Below are positions 25,528-38,083 of a stretch of 64,000 bases of DNA, piece after piece. Under the pieces are notes generated by a model. It was given only the letters and a program-made list of their open reading frames with translations. It was not told where the DNA came from and made no database searches. How positions within the stretch are numbered: the stretch's first letter is position 1; each line of letters starts with the position of its first letter. The translations under genes and the position numbers were made by a program. Location: assembly GCA_038087875.1 (NCBI GenBank), contig CM075994.1, positions 620,001 through 684,000 of the forward strand. The letters run 5' to 3'. The stretch comes from Malacoraja senta (lineage: Eukaryota).

Positions 25528-27497
25528 AGGACTCCTCTGTCAAACTTCTAAAGTTTGCGGATGCTCTTAAGACAGTGGAATTGATTGTAGACTTTAGGAG
25601 AGCTCCCCCTCCCCCCACCACACTCACCATCCACAACACCGCAGTCACACCTGTGGAGTCCTTTAAGTTCCTGGGAACCATCATCTCCAAGGACCTAAAA
25701 TGGGGGGGGGGGGGGGGGGGGGCACCATCGACTCCACAGTCAAAAATGCCCAACAGAGGATGTACTTCCTGCTGCAGCTGATAAAACGCAATCTGGCACA
25801 GGCAATGATGGTCCAATTCTACACGGCCATCGTAGAGTCTGTCCTCACCTTCTCCATCATGGTCTGGTTTGGCTCAGCCACCAAGCACGACACCTGGAGG
25901 CTGCAGCGAATCGTGCGATCAGCTGAGAAAGTTGTTGGCTGCGACCATCCCCCCATTGACGAACTGTACACTGCAAGGGCCAGGAAGCGAGCGGGTAAGA
26001 TCATCTCTGACCCCTCTCACCCTGGCCACAAACTCTTTAAGTCAACTCAAATCAAGTCACATTTATTTATATAGCACATTTAAAAAACAACTCTCGTTGG
26101 CCAAAGTGCTTTACATTTGTTATAAGAATAGCACAAACAAAACAAACTACATACATATATACATGTAGCCCTCACTCAGAGGACGTCAGGAAAGGCTTGG
26201 GAGTATAGATACGTCTTTAGTCTTGACTTAAAAGAGTCGATGGAGGGGGCAGTTCTGATGGGAAAGGGGATGCTGTTCCACAGTCTAGGGGCTGCAACCG
26301 CAAAGGCGCAGTCGCCCCTGAGCTTATGCCTAGACCGCGGGATATTCAGCAACCCCAAGTCGGCCGATCTGAGGGGCCTGGAGGTGGAGTGGTGGGTGAG
26401 AAGACTTTTTATGTAGGTGGGGGCAAGCCCATTGAGGGCTTTGTAGACATGGAGGAGGATCTTGAAGTTTATACGGAACCGCACAGGGAGCCAGTGGAGA
26501 GAGACCAGGATCGGGGTGATGTGGTCCCTTTTTCGGGTGCCCGTCAGGAGTCTCGCTGCGGCGTTTTGGACCAGTTGCAGGCGGGACAGGGAAGATTGGC
26601 TGATGCCAGTGTAAAGGGAGTTGCAGTAATCTAAGCGGGAGGAGATGAATGTGTGGATGATCTTTTCGAGGTCATCAAACTGGAGGAATTGTTTTATTTT
26701 AGCTATCGTCCGAAGCTGAAAGAAGCTAGCTTTTACCACGGCATTGAATTGTTTGTCAAATTTCAGTGCTGAGTCAAATATCACGCCAAGGTTTTTGACG
26801 TGAGGTTTGAGTAGTGGGGTAAGGCTTCCAAGGCTGCCTGCTATCATTTTGATTGAGTCCGAGGGGCCGAGAAGGATGACCTCAGACTTACTCTCGTTTA
26901 GTTGGAGGAAGTTCTGGGCCATCCAACACTTTATATCCTCGAGGCAGTGGGTAAGGTTAAACAGATTTGATTGTTTTTTGGGCTTCAGGGGGAGATAGAG
27001 TTGTGTATCGTCAGCGTAGCAATGGAAGGAAATGCCGTGCATTTCAATGACTTGGCCCAAGGGGAGCATATACAGGGAGAAGAGAATGGGGCCAAGGATG
27101 GAACCTTGTGGAACCCTACAGCAGAGATTAGCTGGGGAGGAGAAAGAGTTGCCTATGTTAGTCGAGGAACTCCTACCTTTGAGGTAGGAGATGAAGCACT
27201 TTAAAGTACTTCCCTCTGGAAGGCGATTCCGCACTGTCAAAGCCGCCATAGCCAGACATAATAACAGCTTTTTTCCACGAGCAGTAGCTCCACTCAATAT
27301 CCAAAAGTCTGTAGCCTCCTTTTGTTCTGGCATTTTATTTCATTCACATGTTTAAATTATAATGTTTTATTCTTATTGTTATAATGTTCTATGTTTTATT
27401 CTTAATGGTTTACTGCATGTCGTGTTGTTACTTGTGAGCGGATCACCAAGGCAAATTTAGTGTAAATACATGGCCAATAAACTTATCCATTCATTCA
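25528..27497 (+). mobile_element. Rex1-type LINE fragment interrupted by an L2
   Basis: SSVKLLKFAD, ELIVDFRR, FKFLGTIIS, AQQRMYFL and DPSHPGHKLF motifs; resumes LPSGRR after 27204; AATAAA and (CATT)n tail. Confidence 0.87.
26043..27204 (-). mobile_element. L2 LINE, 5'-truncated, RT C-terminal ~340 codons uninterrupted
   Basis: VPQGSILGPILFSLYM, FHCYADDTQLY, SRLDYCNSL, QLVQNAAARLL, LHWLPV and AFAVAAPRLWNS motifs; tail GTGCTATATAAATAAA. Confidence 0.93.
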
Positions 27498-28359
27498 AAG
27501 AGGACAATGGTGTAGAATATAGTGGTAATTTGACGGAGCAGGTTGAAAAGTGCAAGGACTGCAATGAGGTAGGCTGGGAGATCGGGGCATAAACATTTCG
27601 CTTATGAGAGGTCTGTTCAAAACAGATCAACATCGGGGAAGGGTGTGTTCCTGAAACAGGAGACCGCTGATTCTGTAACTATGCTCTCTAGTTGTGGATA
27701 ACGCAAAAAAAAAAAAATTAGAAGAAAACAACTTCTCAGCGTCGGGCCGGTCGCTATCTATCGGAATCCTTTTATGTTTTGATAATATCACCTCCCATTC
27801 TTCTAACCGACGATGACGCCCGAAGGACTCGACCTTTCTCAACTCGTCAACCTCCCACCTAGAAAATAAGAGTATTGTTGTTCTCTTCTCAGTTTCCAAT
27901 ACAAGTATGTCATGAAATATTGTTGATTAAACAACATCCATTCTCGTAGTGCACTAAACGAGGCAAAAATCCATTCGGGTTATCGTCAAACAACAGGCGG
28001 CGAAACACCGCCACTATTTGTAGCAAGATGTAGTCAAACTGCTAGATAATAAAATTGTGGGGGTCGATTCCGGAGAAGGTATCTCCGAATGAATGAATAA
28101 GCCAAAGGTCTTCAGCAAGGTATTAGTTGCAACCGTCCAAACCGGCAATAGGGGAATATGCCCAACCTAGTATACGTTAATGCTGGGGATTTCCCCACAT
28201 TTGTACAGTATCGCCTGATACCTCTGCTCCGTCGTAGCTGCAAATCACAACATCTAGTTGACCAGTCTCACAGTCACACCCAGAAACCAGTCAATATCTT
28301 TAAGGTTTAAGTTTAATGGGGAAAATTTAATGGGAATCTGAGTGGTTATCGACAAAGGA

Positions 28360-28854
28360 CAGCCCCCCGCGGCGTCCATCACATCACTGCCTTTGTGGCA
28401 ATTGGGGCAGCTTGGAGTCACTGCCACCACTTTACAAACGCAAGCTCAAGCTCCCCACACGCTCCGATCTCCCCCTCCCCCCCCCCCAGTCAGTGATGGG
28501 ATGGACGCGGGGGTCTGGACCAATCGCTGACAAGGTCTGGGACAAACCCTGTCCCCGGAGATGTCATGTCCGTTCAGCGGCTTTTCGATGTCATGCCCGT
28601 TTTGCGTTTTGTCTTTGCGGCATGGTGCCTATTCGGTTTCGTATCCGTTAGGCACGACGTATTTCGGTATCTTGGGTTTTCGGCGTGATGTACTTTGGCA
28701 TCTGGGCTTTTCGGCGTGATGTACTTTCGGTATCTTAGCTTTTCAGTGTGATGTACTTTCGGAATCTTGGCTTTTCGGCGTGATGCACTTTCGGTATCTT
28801 GGCTTCCACTTCTTGGCTTCGGCTTCTTGTCCTTCAATGTCTCGTCCCTACACG
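28360..28854. mobile_element. Remnant (mainly one arm) of the foldback family seen at 29682-32216
   Basis: Shares GATGGACGCGGGGGTCTGGACCAATCGCTGA and the terminus ...CGTCCCTACACG with the large element; about 4.5 copies of a 32 bp subrepeat at 28662-28805. Confidence 0.7.
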
Positions 28855-30185
28855 TATTTGGACAGATACAGGTACATGGACAGATTCCGCACCGATGAAT
28901 ACAGCTCCGTTCCACCCAGTCACTCCTCATTACGGAAAGGGTTTGAAGATACGTTCTTCCTTTCTGAACAATGAGAGACATTGACAGCGTCAATTCTTCC
29001 GTTCTGCTTTATTTGGTTTGACATTGAACCAGAGGCTGGTGCCGCAATGGCTGCCTCGCCAATAGTCTGTCCTGTCCTTTTCCTTCTTTGTTGTTATTAA
29101 GTATGTGTTAGCTTTGTTTTATGTTGGGGGTGGGGGGCAGGAGGGATTGGGGGAAACATTTTTAATCTCTTACCTCGAAGGAGATGCGTTTTTTTCCGTA
29201 TCATATCTCCGTCCGCATTGTGGCCGAACATCGAGCAACTGGCGGCCTCTTGATTTCTGATTGACTTTGGGACCTCCAATCGCGGAAGCCTGCAGGAATC
29301 GTGGAGCTGGCGGTCCTTAGTTAGGGTTCGACTTCGGAAGCTCAAAGCCGCAGGACCTTCGACCGCCCCGATGGCGGGAGCTTCAACCGCCCCGATCGCG
29401 TGGGCTATGATCGCCTAGACAAGGGAGCTTCTATCCCCGGCTGCGGTAGCTTCGACTGCGGATGGTTCGACTGCCCCAATCGCCGGAGAATAAGGAGCGA
29501 AGAAGATTAGACATTATTGCCTTCCATCACAGTGAAGAATGTGGAGAATCTGCTTTGGTGGACCTTAATATTAACTTTCATGTAGTTGTGGGTGTTGTTG
29601 CTTTTTCTTGTAAGGTTTTATGGTAAATCGAATTTCTCTATAACTTAATCGGTACACGTGACAATAAAAGGCCTTTGAAACCGTGTGCGGACGTGGCGCC
29701 GACGGACCAGAGGCCGAAGCAAAGAAGTCGAAACCGAAGAACCGAATGGAAACGAGGCCGAAATGCCAATAAACCGAAATATTACGAAGATGAAACGTCT
29801 ACTAACTGAAAGGATGGGACACCTGAATGCAAATTAACCAAAAGGGCGGGACGCCTAAAAGCCAACGAACCGAAAAGCTGCATCGCCTAAAAGCAAACTT
29901 GCCGAATGGCCGCTTTGTCAAAACGCCACCTACCAGAAAGGCGGCGTCGCCTACAAGCCAAAGGACCTACTGCCGCTCGACAGAAATGTCCAATAACGGA
30001 CATGACGTTGCAGGGGGGCGGGACTTGTCAGCAATTGGTCCAGACCCCTGCGTCCATCACATCACTGTGACGGCATGAACATTGTCCCAAACCTCCTCTA
30101 CTGGACCCGCAGCCCGCGGGAGGGTGGCTGTGGGAGAGTGGGGGCTGCACACCTTCGGCCGCTTTCAACTTGGTGCTTCGGTTCA

Positions 30186-30700
30186 TGTGATGTATATGCG
30201 AATGCACCTGCTACGATACGACCTGGAAATACGGTGGAAGCCATGACGTGGCTGCCCAGTGCAAATGCCTGCGGAAGAGCACACCGCATTGCCGAAAGTG
30301 ATACATGTTGTAGAAGTCATCCTACACATGTCAGACGCGTGCCTTGCACAGTTCAAAGCTGAAACCAAAAAAGATCGCACCCTAACATTGTTGTGCGAGT
30401 ATATAAGAAAGGGTTGGCCTCGTAACTCCGTTTCAAGCATACCATGACGAGCTGGTTGAAATCGATGGATTAGTCTTGAGGGAAAACCGAATTGTGGTCC
30501 CCCAAAGCATGCAAAGGCAGATGCTGAACGCGCTACATGAATCGCATCTGGGAGTAGTGAAACTGAAACAACGAGCCCGCAATTTATTTATGTGGCCTGG
30601 AATGAATGCACAGATTGAGAAAACTTGGCCAAGAATTATAAGGACTGGATAAGGGCATTCCACCTGTACGAGGTACAGGCACATTTGCATATACATCACA
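30186..30700 (+). mobile_element. 515 bp TGT...ACA element with ~25 bp TIRs, 5 bp TSD (GTTCA) and a Gypsy pol fragment
   Basis: Ends TGTGATGTATATGCGAATG / CATTTGCATATACATCACA. Internal LCEYIRKGWP and DELVEIDGLVLRENRIVVP...LHESHLGVVKLKQRAR...WPGM (integrase zinc-binding region). Empty site in the opposite foldback arm. Confidence 0.85.
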
Positions 30701-30759
30701 GTTCAGATTGCCCAGTCACCTATGGCTTGTGTGGGAAAATGAACCACACACTCCCATCT

Positions 30760-31524
30760 CCCCCTTCTCTCTCCCCTCTTGTCTCTGTCTCTCTCCCTTC
30801 TCTCTCTCCCTTCTCTCTCCTCCTCTCCTCTCTCCCCTCTTCTCTCTCTCCTCCTCTATCTCCACTCTTCTCTATCTCCTCCTCTCTCTTCCCCTCCTCA
30901 CCCCTTCCCTTCTCTGTCCCCCCCTCTCTCTCCCTCTCTCTCCCCCTTCTCTACCCCCCTCTCTCCCCCTTCTCTCTCTCCTCCGTCTCCACCCGCGGGA
31001 GCGTCCCACAGTCACTGAGACCACCATCCGATGCACCACCATCGGACCCCAAACTCCACACCAGGGTGATCCCCCCCTCCCTCCGATCGCGGTCAGCGAC
31101 TGTGGGACGCTCCCGCGGGTGGAGACGGAGGAGAGAGAGAAGGGAGAGAGAAGGGCGAGGGTGTGGGGGAGAGAGAAGGGGGGGAGAGAGAAGAGGGAGA
31201 GAGAGGAGGAGAGATAGAAGGGGGAGAGAGAGAAGAGAAGAGAGAGAAGGGAGGGAGAGGGGGAGAGAGAGGAGGGGAAGAGAGAGGAGAGAGAGAAGAG
31301 TGGAGAGAGAGGAGAGAGAGAAGAGTGGAGAGAGAGGAGAGAGAAGAGTGGAGAGAGAGAGGAGAGAGAGAGAGGAGGAGGAGAGAGAGAGAGAGAGAGG
31401 AGGAGAGGAGAGAGAGAGAGAGAGGAGGAGGAGAGAGAGAGAGAGGAGGAGAGAGAGAGAGAGAGAGAGAGGAGAGGAGGAGGAGAGGAGGAGGAGAGGA
31501 GGAGGAGAGAGGAGGAGAGAGGAG

Positions 31525-31600
<76 letters not shown>

Positions 31601-31655
31601 AGAGAAAGAGAAAGAAAGAAAGAAAGAGAGAGAAGAGGGAAAGAATGGGGGGAGG
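30760..31655. repeat. Paired polypyrimidine (~30760-30985) and polypurine (~31128-31655) low-complexity tracts inside the foldback
   Basis: CT-only then GA-only sequence, including pure (GA)n. Confidence 0.95.
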
Positions 31656-33454
31656 CGGGAGCATGAGGTTCATTTTCCCACACAAGCCATAGGTGACTGG
31701 GCAATCTGAACCCAAGCACCAAGTTGAAAGCGGCCGAAGGTGTGCATCGCTCGGGACAGCCCCCACTCTCCCACGGCCACCCTCCGCGGGCTGTGGGTCG
31801 GGTGGAGCGGAGGTGTGGGACAATGTTCATGCCTTCACAGTGATGTGATGGACGCGGGGGTCTGGACCAATCGCTGAAAAGTCCCGCCCCCCGGCAACGT
31901 CATGTCCGTTATTGGACACTACTTTTGAGCGGCAGTCGGTCCTTTGGCCTGAATGCGACGCCGACTTCCGGGTAGGTGGCGTTTCGACAGAGCGGCCATT
32001 CGGTAAGTTTGCTTTTAGGCGAGGCAGCTTTTCAGTTCGTTGGCTTTTAGGCGTCCCGCACTTTCGATTAGTTTGCATTTAGGCGTCCCATCCTATCGGT
32101 TAGTAGACGTTTCGTCTTCGGACTCTTTCGGTTTATTGGCGCTTCGGCCTCGTTTCCATTCCGTTCTTTGGCTTGGACTTCTATGCTTCGGCTTCTTGTC
32201 TGTCGGCCCCGGGTACCTTTGAAACCTTTGAAACATAAGTGTGATCCCCTCTCTGCACTCTCACATTGCCCATCATTGCTAAATGTAAGATCTTAAGATC
32301 AAAGGGCATATGTGCAGGATTAGGCCAATGACATGGCCTCCACCATCGCCTGTTACAATGAATTGCACTGATACATCACCATCTGGCTAAATAAAGTCCT
32401 CCTCATCTCCATTTTAAAGGTACATCCTTTATTTCTGATGTTGAGCCCTCTCATCCGAGACATTCCTAATACTGGAAACATCCTCTCGACATCCACTCTA
32501 TCTCAGCTATTGATTATTCGGTAGGTTTCAATGAGATCCTCACCCATCCTTCTTATCCACAGTGAGTACAGGCCCAGAGCTATCAGAAGCTCCTTGTACG
32601 TTAACTTAATCACCACTGGGTCCAAAGCCAGCGCATCCTTCATCAGATTTAAGGCCCACAACTGTCCACCATATTCCAAATGTTGTGGCACCAGCATCGT
32701 ATAAAGCATCTGAAATATCTTTCGGAATGTTTGAAAGTATTTCTACAGTGTGCATCTCCCAGGGAGACCGTTGGACACCTGCATTCTTCTACATTAAAAT
32801 TCCCATTGATTACGTGGAGAAAAGTCGGCCATTTCTTGCAAGCCTCAACAAATAACAACTGTCATGGTATTTCACTCAAGCGTGACATCTCCAATGAGGT
32901 AGAAAAAGATCAATACCTGTTGCTTGTCAGGCCAAGTTAAAATGCATTGTTGCATTTTAGCAGGCAAAGAATCGTATTAATAGTATTAGGCAGGCAAAGA
33001 ATCGTATTAATGCAAATGCCAGGTTTATTCAGGCAAGGAACTGTTGCAATGGTCAAGCAAGGGGAAGAGATTCACTGGAACAAAGAACTCGCCCTAATCT
33101 TGTATCCCGACCTGAAATGTCATTAATTGTTTTCTATGTAGGGTGGATGGACGGAACTGGTGTGAAAAAAAAAATCTTTGGTTTGCATGGACTCAGTGGG
33201 CCAAAGGACAGGTATCCACATTGTATCTTTCAATCGATGAATGGGCTCCTACTCTCCATGAAGACCTGTGTACATATGGGGTGATGTACTGCCTCAAAGT
33301 AGGTTTGTAGTCAGGCTTGTAATAAGATCATGCACTCTATGTAAACTCCAAGATTCAACCAGAATCCGACTAAACCGCCGATTCATAGAAAATGTCCCCA
33401 AAACATCAGTGGAGATGAGTGACATTTTATTGGGCGCAGTTGCCACAATTACTA

Positions 33455-34218
33455 TTAGATTACTATTTAAATGGGGTTAAGTTGGGAGAAGGGGAAGTAC
33501 AATGGGATCTGGGGGTCCTTGTACATCAGTCTATGAAAGTAAGCATGCAGGTACAGCAGGCAGTGAAGAAAGCGAATGGCATGTTGGCCTTTATAACAAG
33601 AGGAATCGAATATAGGAGCAAAGAGGTCCTTCTGCACTTGTACAGAGCCCTAGTGAGACCACACCTGGAGTATTGTGTGCAGTTTTGGTCCCCTGATTTG
33701 AGGAAGGACATTCTTGCTTTTGAGGGAGTGCAGCGTAGGTTTACAAGGTCAATTCCCGGGATGGCGGGACTGTCATATGCTGAGCGAATGGAGCAGCTGG
33801 GCTTGTACACTCTGGAGTTTCGAAGGATGAGAGGGGATCTCTTTGAAACATATAAGATTGTTAAGGGCTTGGACACGCTAGAGGCAGGAAACATGTCCCC
33901 GATGTTGGGGGAGACCAGAACCAGGGGCCACAGATTCAGAATAAGGAGTAAGCCATTTAGAACGGAGACTAGGAAACACGTTTTCTCACAGAGAGTGGTG
34001 AGCCTGTGGAATTCTCTGCCTCAGAAGGCAGTGGAGGCAGGTTCTCTGGATGCTTTTAAGAGAGAGCTAGATAGGGCTCTTAAAAATAACGGAGTCAGGG
34101 GATATGGGGAGAAGGCAGGTACGGGGTACTGTTTGGGGATGATCAGCCATGATCACATTGAATGGCGGTGCTGACTCGAAGGGCCGAATGGCCTACTCCT
34201 GCACCTATTGTCTATTGT
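33455..34218 (+). mobile_element. Young CR1 (HER1-like) 3' fragment
   Basis: Open frame 33419-34174 with VRPHLEYCVQFWSP; (CTATTGT)n tail; absent from block B at ~15765. Confidence 0.93.
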
Positions 34219-34636
34219 TGCAATCAAAGTTGGAGTCGTCTACATTTCGTGGAACGGTTAGTTCATCCTTGGACAAGGAGATGGAATAGCTCTCATTTAA
34301 CCTGCTTGGAGACACTGTTTTTGATACATTGTATGCCACAATCATGGAGGCACTTTCACTCTACTTTCATATCAACTGGAATTAAAGTAACTCAATAAAA
34401 CTAAAAAAAATTTAAAGGCTGAAGAATGAGTGAGTACCTTATGTACCTTCTATTCCCACACTGACCTTTCTGTCCTATGTCTCCTCCATTGTTAGAATGA
34501 GGCCCAATGCAAATTGAAGGAACAGCATTTCATATTTTGCTTGGGCAGCTTACAACCCAGTGGCATGCTGCCCAAGCGAAATATGAGATGCTGTACCTTC
34601 AATATTTCGCTTGGGCAGCTTACAACCCAGTGGCAT

Positions 34637-35891
34637 CATTGTTAATGCCAATAGCGAATAATCCTTTATTTAAACCATCTCTTATTGATAAAACATATAA
34701 TCAATGGGAAAGTTTAGGAATTAAAAGGATCGGGGATATGTATGAAATGGGAAATCTATTATCATTCCAACAATTACAATTAAAATTTAAATAGAAAAAC
34801 AACCAATATTTGAAATATCTTCAGATTTGCGATTTCATGAAGAAATATATACAAGGATATCAAAAAATAACTCCTGTCTTATTGGAAGAAGCAATGAAGA
34901 AGCTGACTCACAAAAATTAATATCATATTTATATAATAGTATTTTAAATATAGACCTACCATCGACAGAGGTACTTAGAGAAGAGTGGGAACGGGAATTA
35001 ATGATAAAAATTACGAAGGTTACATGGGAAAAGTACTTAATATACATTCACAAATGTTCAATTAATGCAAGACATAATATAATTCAATTTAAAATTTTAC
35101 ATAGATTATATTATTCAAAAACAAGACTGAATAAATTCTATCCAAATATATCCCCCATTTGCGATAAGTGTTTAACCCAAAACGCAACTATAACACACTC
35201 TTTTGTTTCCTGCAATAAAACTTTATAGATTTTGGAGTGATATTTTTGAAATATTTACAAAATTATTTAAGATAAGATTGGAACTAATACTGAAATGATT
35301 ATATTTGGAGTAATGGAAGATGGGAATAAATTGAACTCATCTCAAAATTATTTTTTAATTATGGTTTAATAATCGCAAAAAATTAATACTTAAATTTTGG
35401 AAAAATACACAAATACCAACGCTTAAAATGTGGATCGCAAGCATGTTGGACACCGCACATCTTGAGGAAATGCGATTCCTCCTAATAGATAAATCAGACC
35501 AATTCATAACGAGTTGTTCTCCATTTGTCGTCTTTTTGGAATCATATGGTGCAACACAATTGTAATAGCTAACTGTCTCAGGACTGGGCGAGGGATGGTC
35601 AAGATTATATATAATGATCTCCTTACTTCTTTTTTTTTTTACTCTCTTTTTCCTATTTTCTTTTCTTCAACTTTCTTTTCATTCTTTTTTTTTTCTTTTT
35701 CACACACTATATATCTCACGTTTTTCTATCCTTTATTATCTAATTTTTTTTGTCTTATTCTTCTTTATTATAATAACAAAATAAGAAGCTGTACATCAAA
35801 TGTATTATGAAAATATATATTAGGCACTTTGGTGCCATACGATTGTACTTACTTCTAATAAAATATATATATTTTTTTTAAACCCAAAAAA
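34637..35891 (+). mobile_element. 5'-truncated L1 with 15 bp TSD ACAACCCAGTGGCAT, inserted in a Penelope-like remnant
   Basis: TSD at 34622-34636 and 35892-35906; CDKC...HSFVSC motif, T-rich 3' UTR, AATAAA; same subfamily as 41774-44405. Confidence 0.92.
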
Positions 35892-36849
35892 ACAACCCAG
35901 TGGCATGAATATTGATTCTTTCATCTTGAAGTAACCCCTGCACTCCCTCTGTCTCCATCCCTCCCCACCCAAGTTGCACCAGGTTCCCGTTCTCACCTAG
36001 CAAACAGCTAAAAATGGCCTGTTTCCTTTATCACTACATGTTTGCATATTTTTTATTCATTTGTTCTGATCTCTCATCACTGTATATATCGCTCATTTCC
36101 CTTTCCCCTGACTCAGTTGAACTACCCTCTGACTACAGAAGTTCCCCCTCACCTCCTTTCTAAAGAGCGGCCTTAAATTCTGAGGCTGTGACCACTGGTC
36201 CTAGAATCTCCCACCATCCTCTCCACATCCACTCTATCTATACCTTTCACTATTCGGTAAGTTTCAATGAGGTCCCCCTTCAATCTTCTAAACTCCAACA
36301 TGTAGAGGCCCAGTAATGTCAAGCATTCATCATATGCTAACCCGCTCATTCCTACATCCACCTTGGGAATGGTTATCCCTCAGTTATCATTCTAGTTTCT
36401 TACCGCTACACCAGCATTTTGTGCCCATCTTCAGTGCAAACCAGCAACTGCAGTTCCTTCCAAACCACTTTCCTACATCTCTGATTAGTTCAGCTACTTC
36501 TTCTCATGGAGATATACAGCATGGAAACAGGCCCTTCGGCCCAACTCGTCCGTGCCAACCAAGGTGCTCCACCTGGGATAATGCATTTGCATATGCCTGC
36601 ACATCTCTCTAATCCTTTCCTATCCATCTACAGTATCTGTCCAAATGCTCCTCAAAGGTTTATGATAAAAACAGAGAGGAAATCTGGAAATCGGGGCAGC
36701 ACGGTGTCGCTGCCTTACAAAGCCATTGACCTGCGTTCGATCCTGACCAAGGAGTTTGTACGTTCTCCCCATGACCTGCGTGGGTTTTCTCCAGGTGCTC
36801 CCGTTTCCTCCCATACTCCAAAGATGTGCAGGTTTGTAGGTTAATTGGC

Positions 36850-37280
36850 TCCTCCTCGTGCAGCTCATTCCATACAACTGTTATGCAAAAGTTACCCTCC
36901 TTCAGGTTTCTATTAACTCTTCCCCCCACCCCCCGCTCACCTTAAACCTATGGCCCCTGGATCTGAATTCCCTTTCTTTGGGCAAGAGACTCTGTGCGTC
37001 TACCTGATCTATTCCTCTCATGACTTTGTACACCTCTATAAGATCACCTCTCATCCACCTGCGCTCCAGGGAATAGAGTCCTAGCCTACTCAACCTCTTG
37101 CTTTAGCTCAGACCCTCTAGTCCTGGCAACATCCTCGTAAATCTTCTCTGCACCCTTTCCATCTTGGCAACATCTTTCCTATAAACGGAGACCAGAAATG
37201 GACATGATACTCTAAATTGGGCCTCATCCACGGTTTATACAACTGCAACATGACCTCCCAACTTCTGTACTCAATAACTC
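36850..37280 (-). mobile_element. CR1 fragment
   Basis: LGLYSLERRWMRGDLIEVYK motif. Confidence 0.8.
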
Positions 37281-37579
37281 ATTCTACCATCAGACTCAAC
37301 ATTGAGGCTGTGCCATAACATCGGGCTCTCCAGAGATGCAGCCTGTCCCGCTGAGTTACTCCAGCATTTTGTGTTATCTTCGGTTTAAACCAGCATCTGC
37401 AGTTCCTTCCTACACTGATCACAATTAATGATTGTGGAGCATTGCTGCAGTTTAATCAAAGGATAACAAATTACTTCAGGTGAATCACTTGGGTAGTCTA
37501 GGGCGAGGAATGGTGTCGAATACAACCATACTTGCTCATATGTATAAAATCAAGAGATGAATAAATCGTTGTATCTATC

Positions 37580-37915
37580 GTGAAAGGAATAGACCGGGTA
37601 GATGCACAGAGTCTCTTGCCCAGAGTAGGGGAATCAAGAACCAGAGGACATAGGTTCAAGGTGAAGGGGAAAATATTTAAGAGGACTTTTTCACACAAAG
37701 GGCGGTGGGTGTACGGAACGAGCTGCCAGAGGAGGTAGTTGAGGCTGGGACTATCCCAACATTTTAGAAAGTTAGACAGGTAAATGGATGGGACAAGTTT
37801 TGAGCGATAATGGGCCAAATGCTGGTAGGTGGGACTAGTGTAGCTGGTGCATGTTGGCCAATGTGGGCAAATTGGGCCGAAGGGCCATTTTCCAGGCTGT
37901 ATGACCATATGACTC
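37580..37915 (+). mobile_element. CR1 3' fragment
   Basis: GAATCAAGAACCAGAGGACATAGG and TTTTTCACACAAAGGG blocks, CR1 tail. Confidence 0.8.
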
Positions 37916-38083
37916 CATCAGCTTGAGGTCCTGTTTACTTGTTCAGTTGGGCAACAAGGATATTAGGGACTATTCGAATAAACTCTAGGAATTCAAGCAA
38001 AACTCCTAACCATAATTTCTCCCTCAACAAAGGAACACTTGTCACATTGGGTGTTTGTGGAGCATCGCTGCAGTTTAATCATT

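Larger units (their letters stand above)
29682..32216. mobile_element. Foldback (long-TIR) non-autonomous DNA transposon, MULE/Foldback-like
   Basis: 29695-30185 is the reverse complement of 31706-32205 and 30701-31020 of 31092-31710; short central loop; CTTTGAAAC on both sides; absent at the paralogous site ~17460. Confidence 0.82.

Noticed and set aside
26176..27333. 385 aa ORF as a complete gene
   Set aside because: Chimeric: the first ~43 codons are antisense Rex1 and the rest is a 5'-truncated L2 RT.
28662..28805. 32 bp repeats resembling CRISPR repeats
   Set aside because: Contiguous tandem subrepeats of a foldback arm, with no spacers.
30625..31830. Long ORFs of 245-355 aa on both strands
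   Set aside because: Translations of CT/GA low-complexity tracts that lack stop codons; not protein-like.
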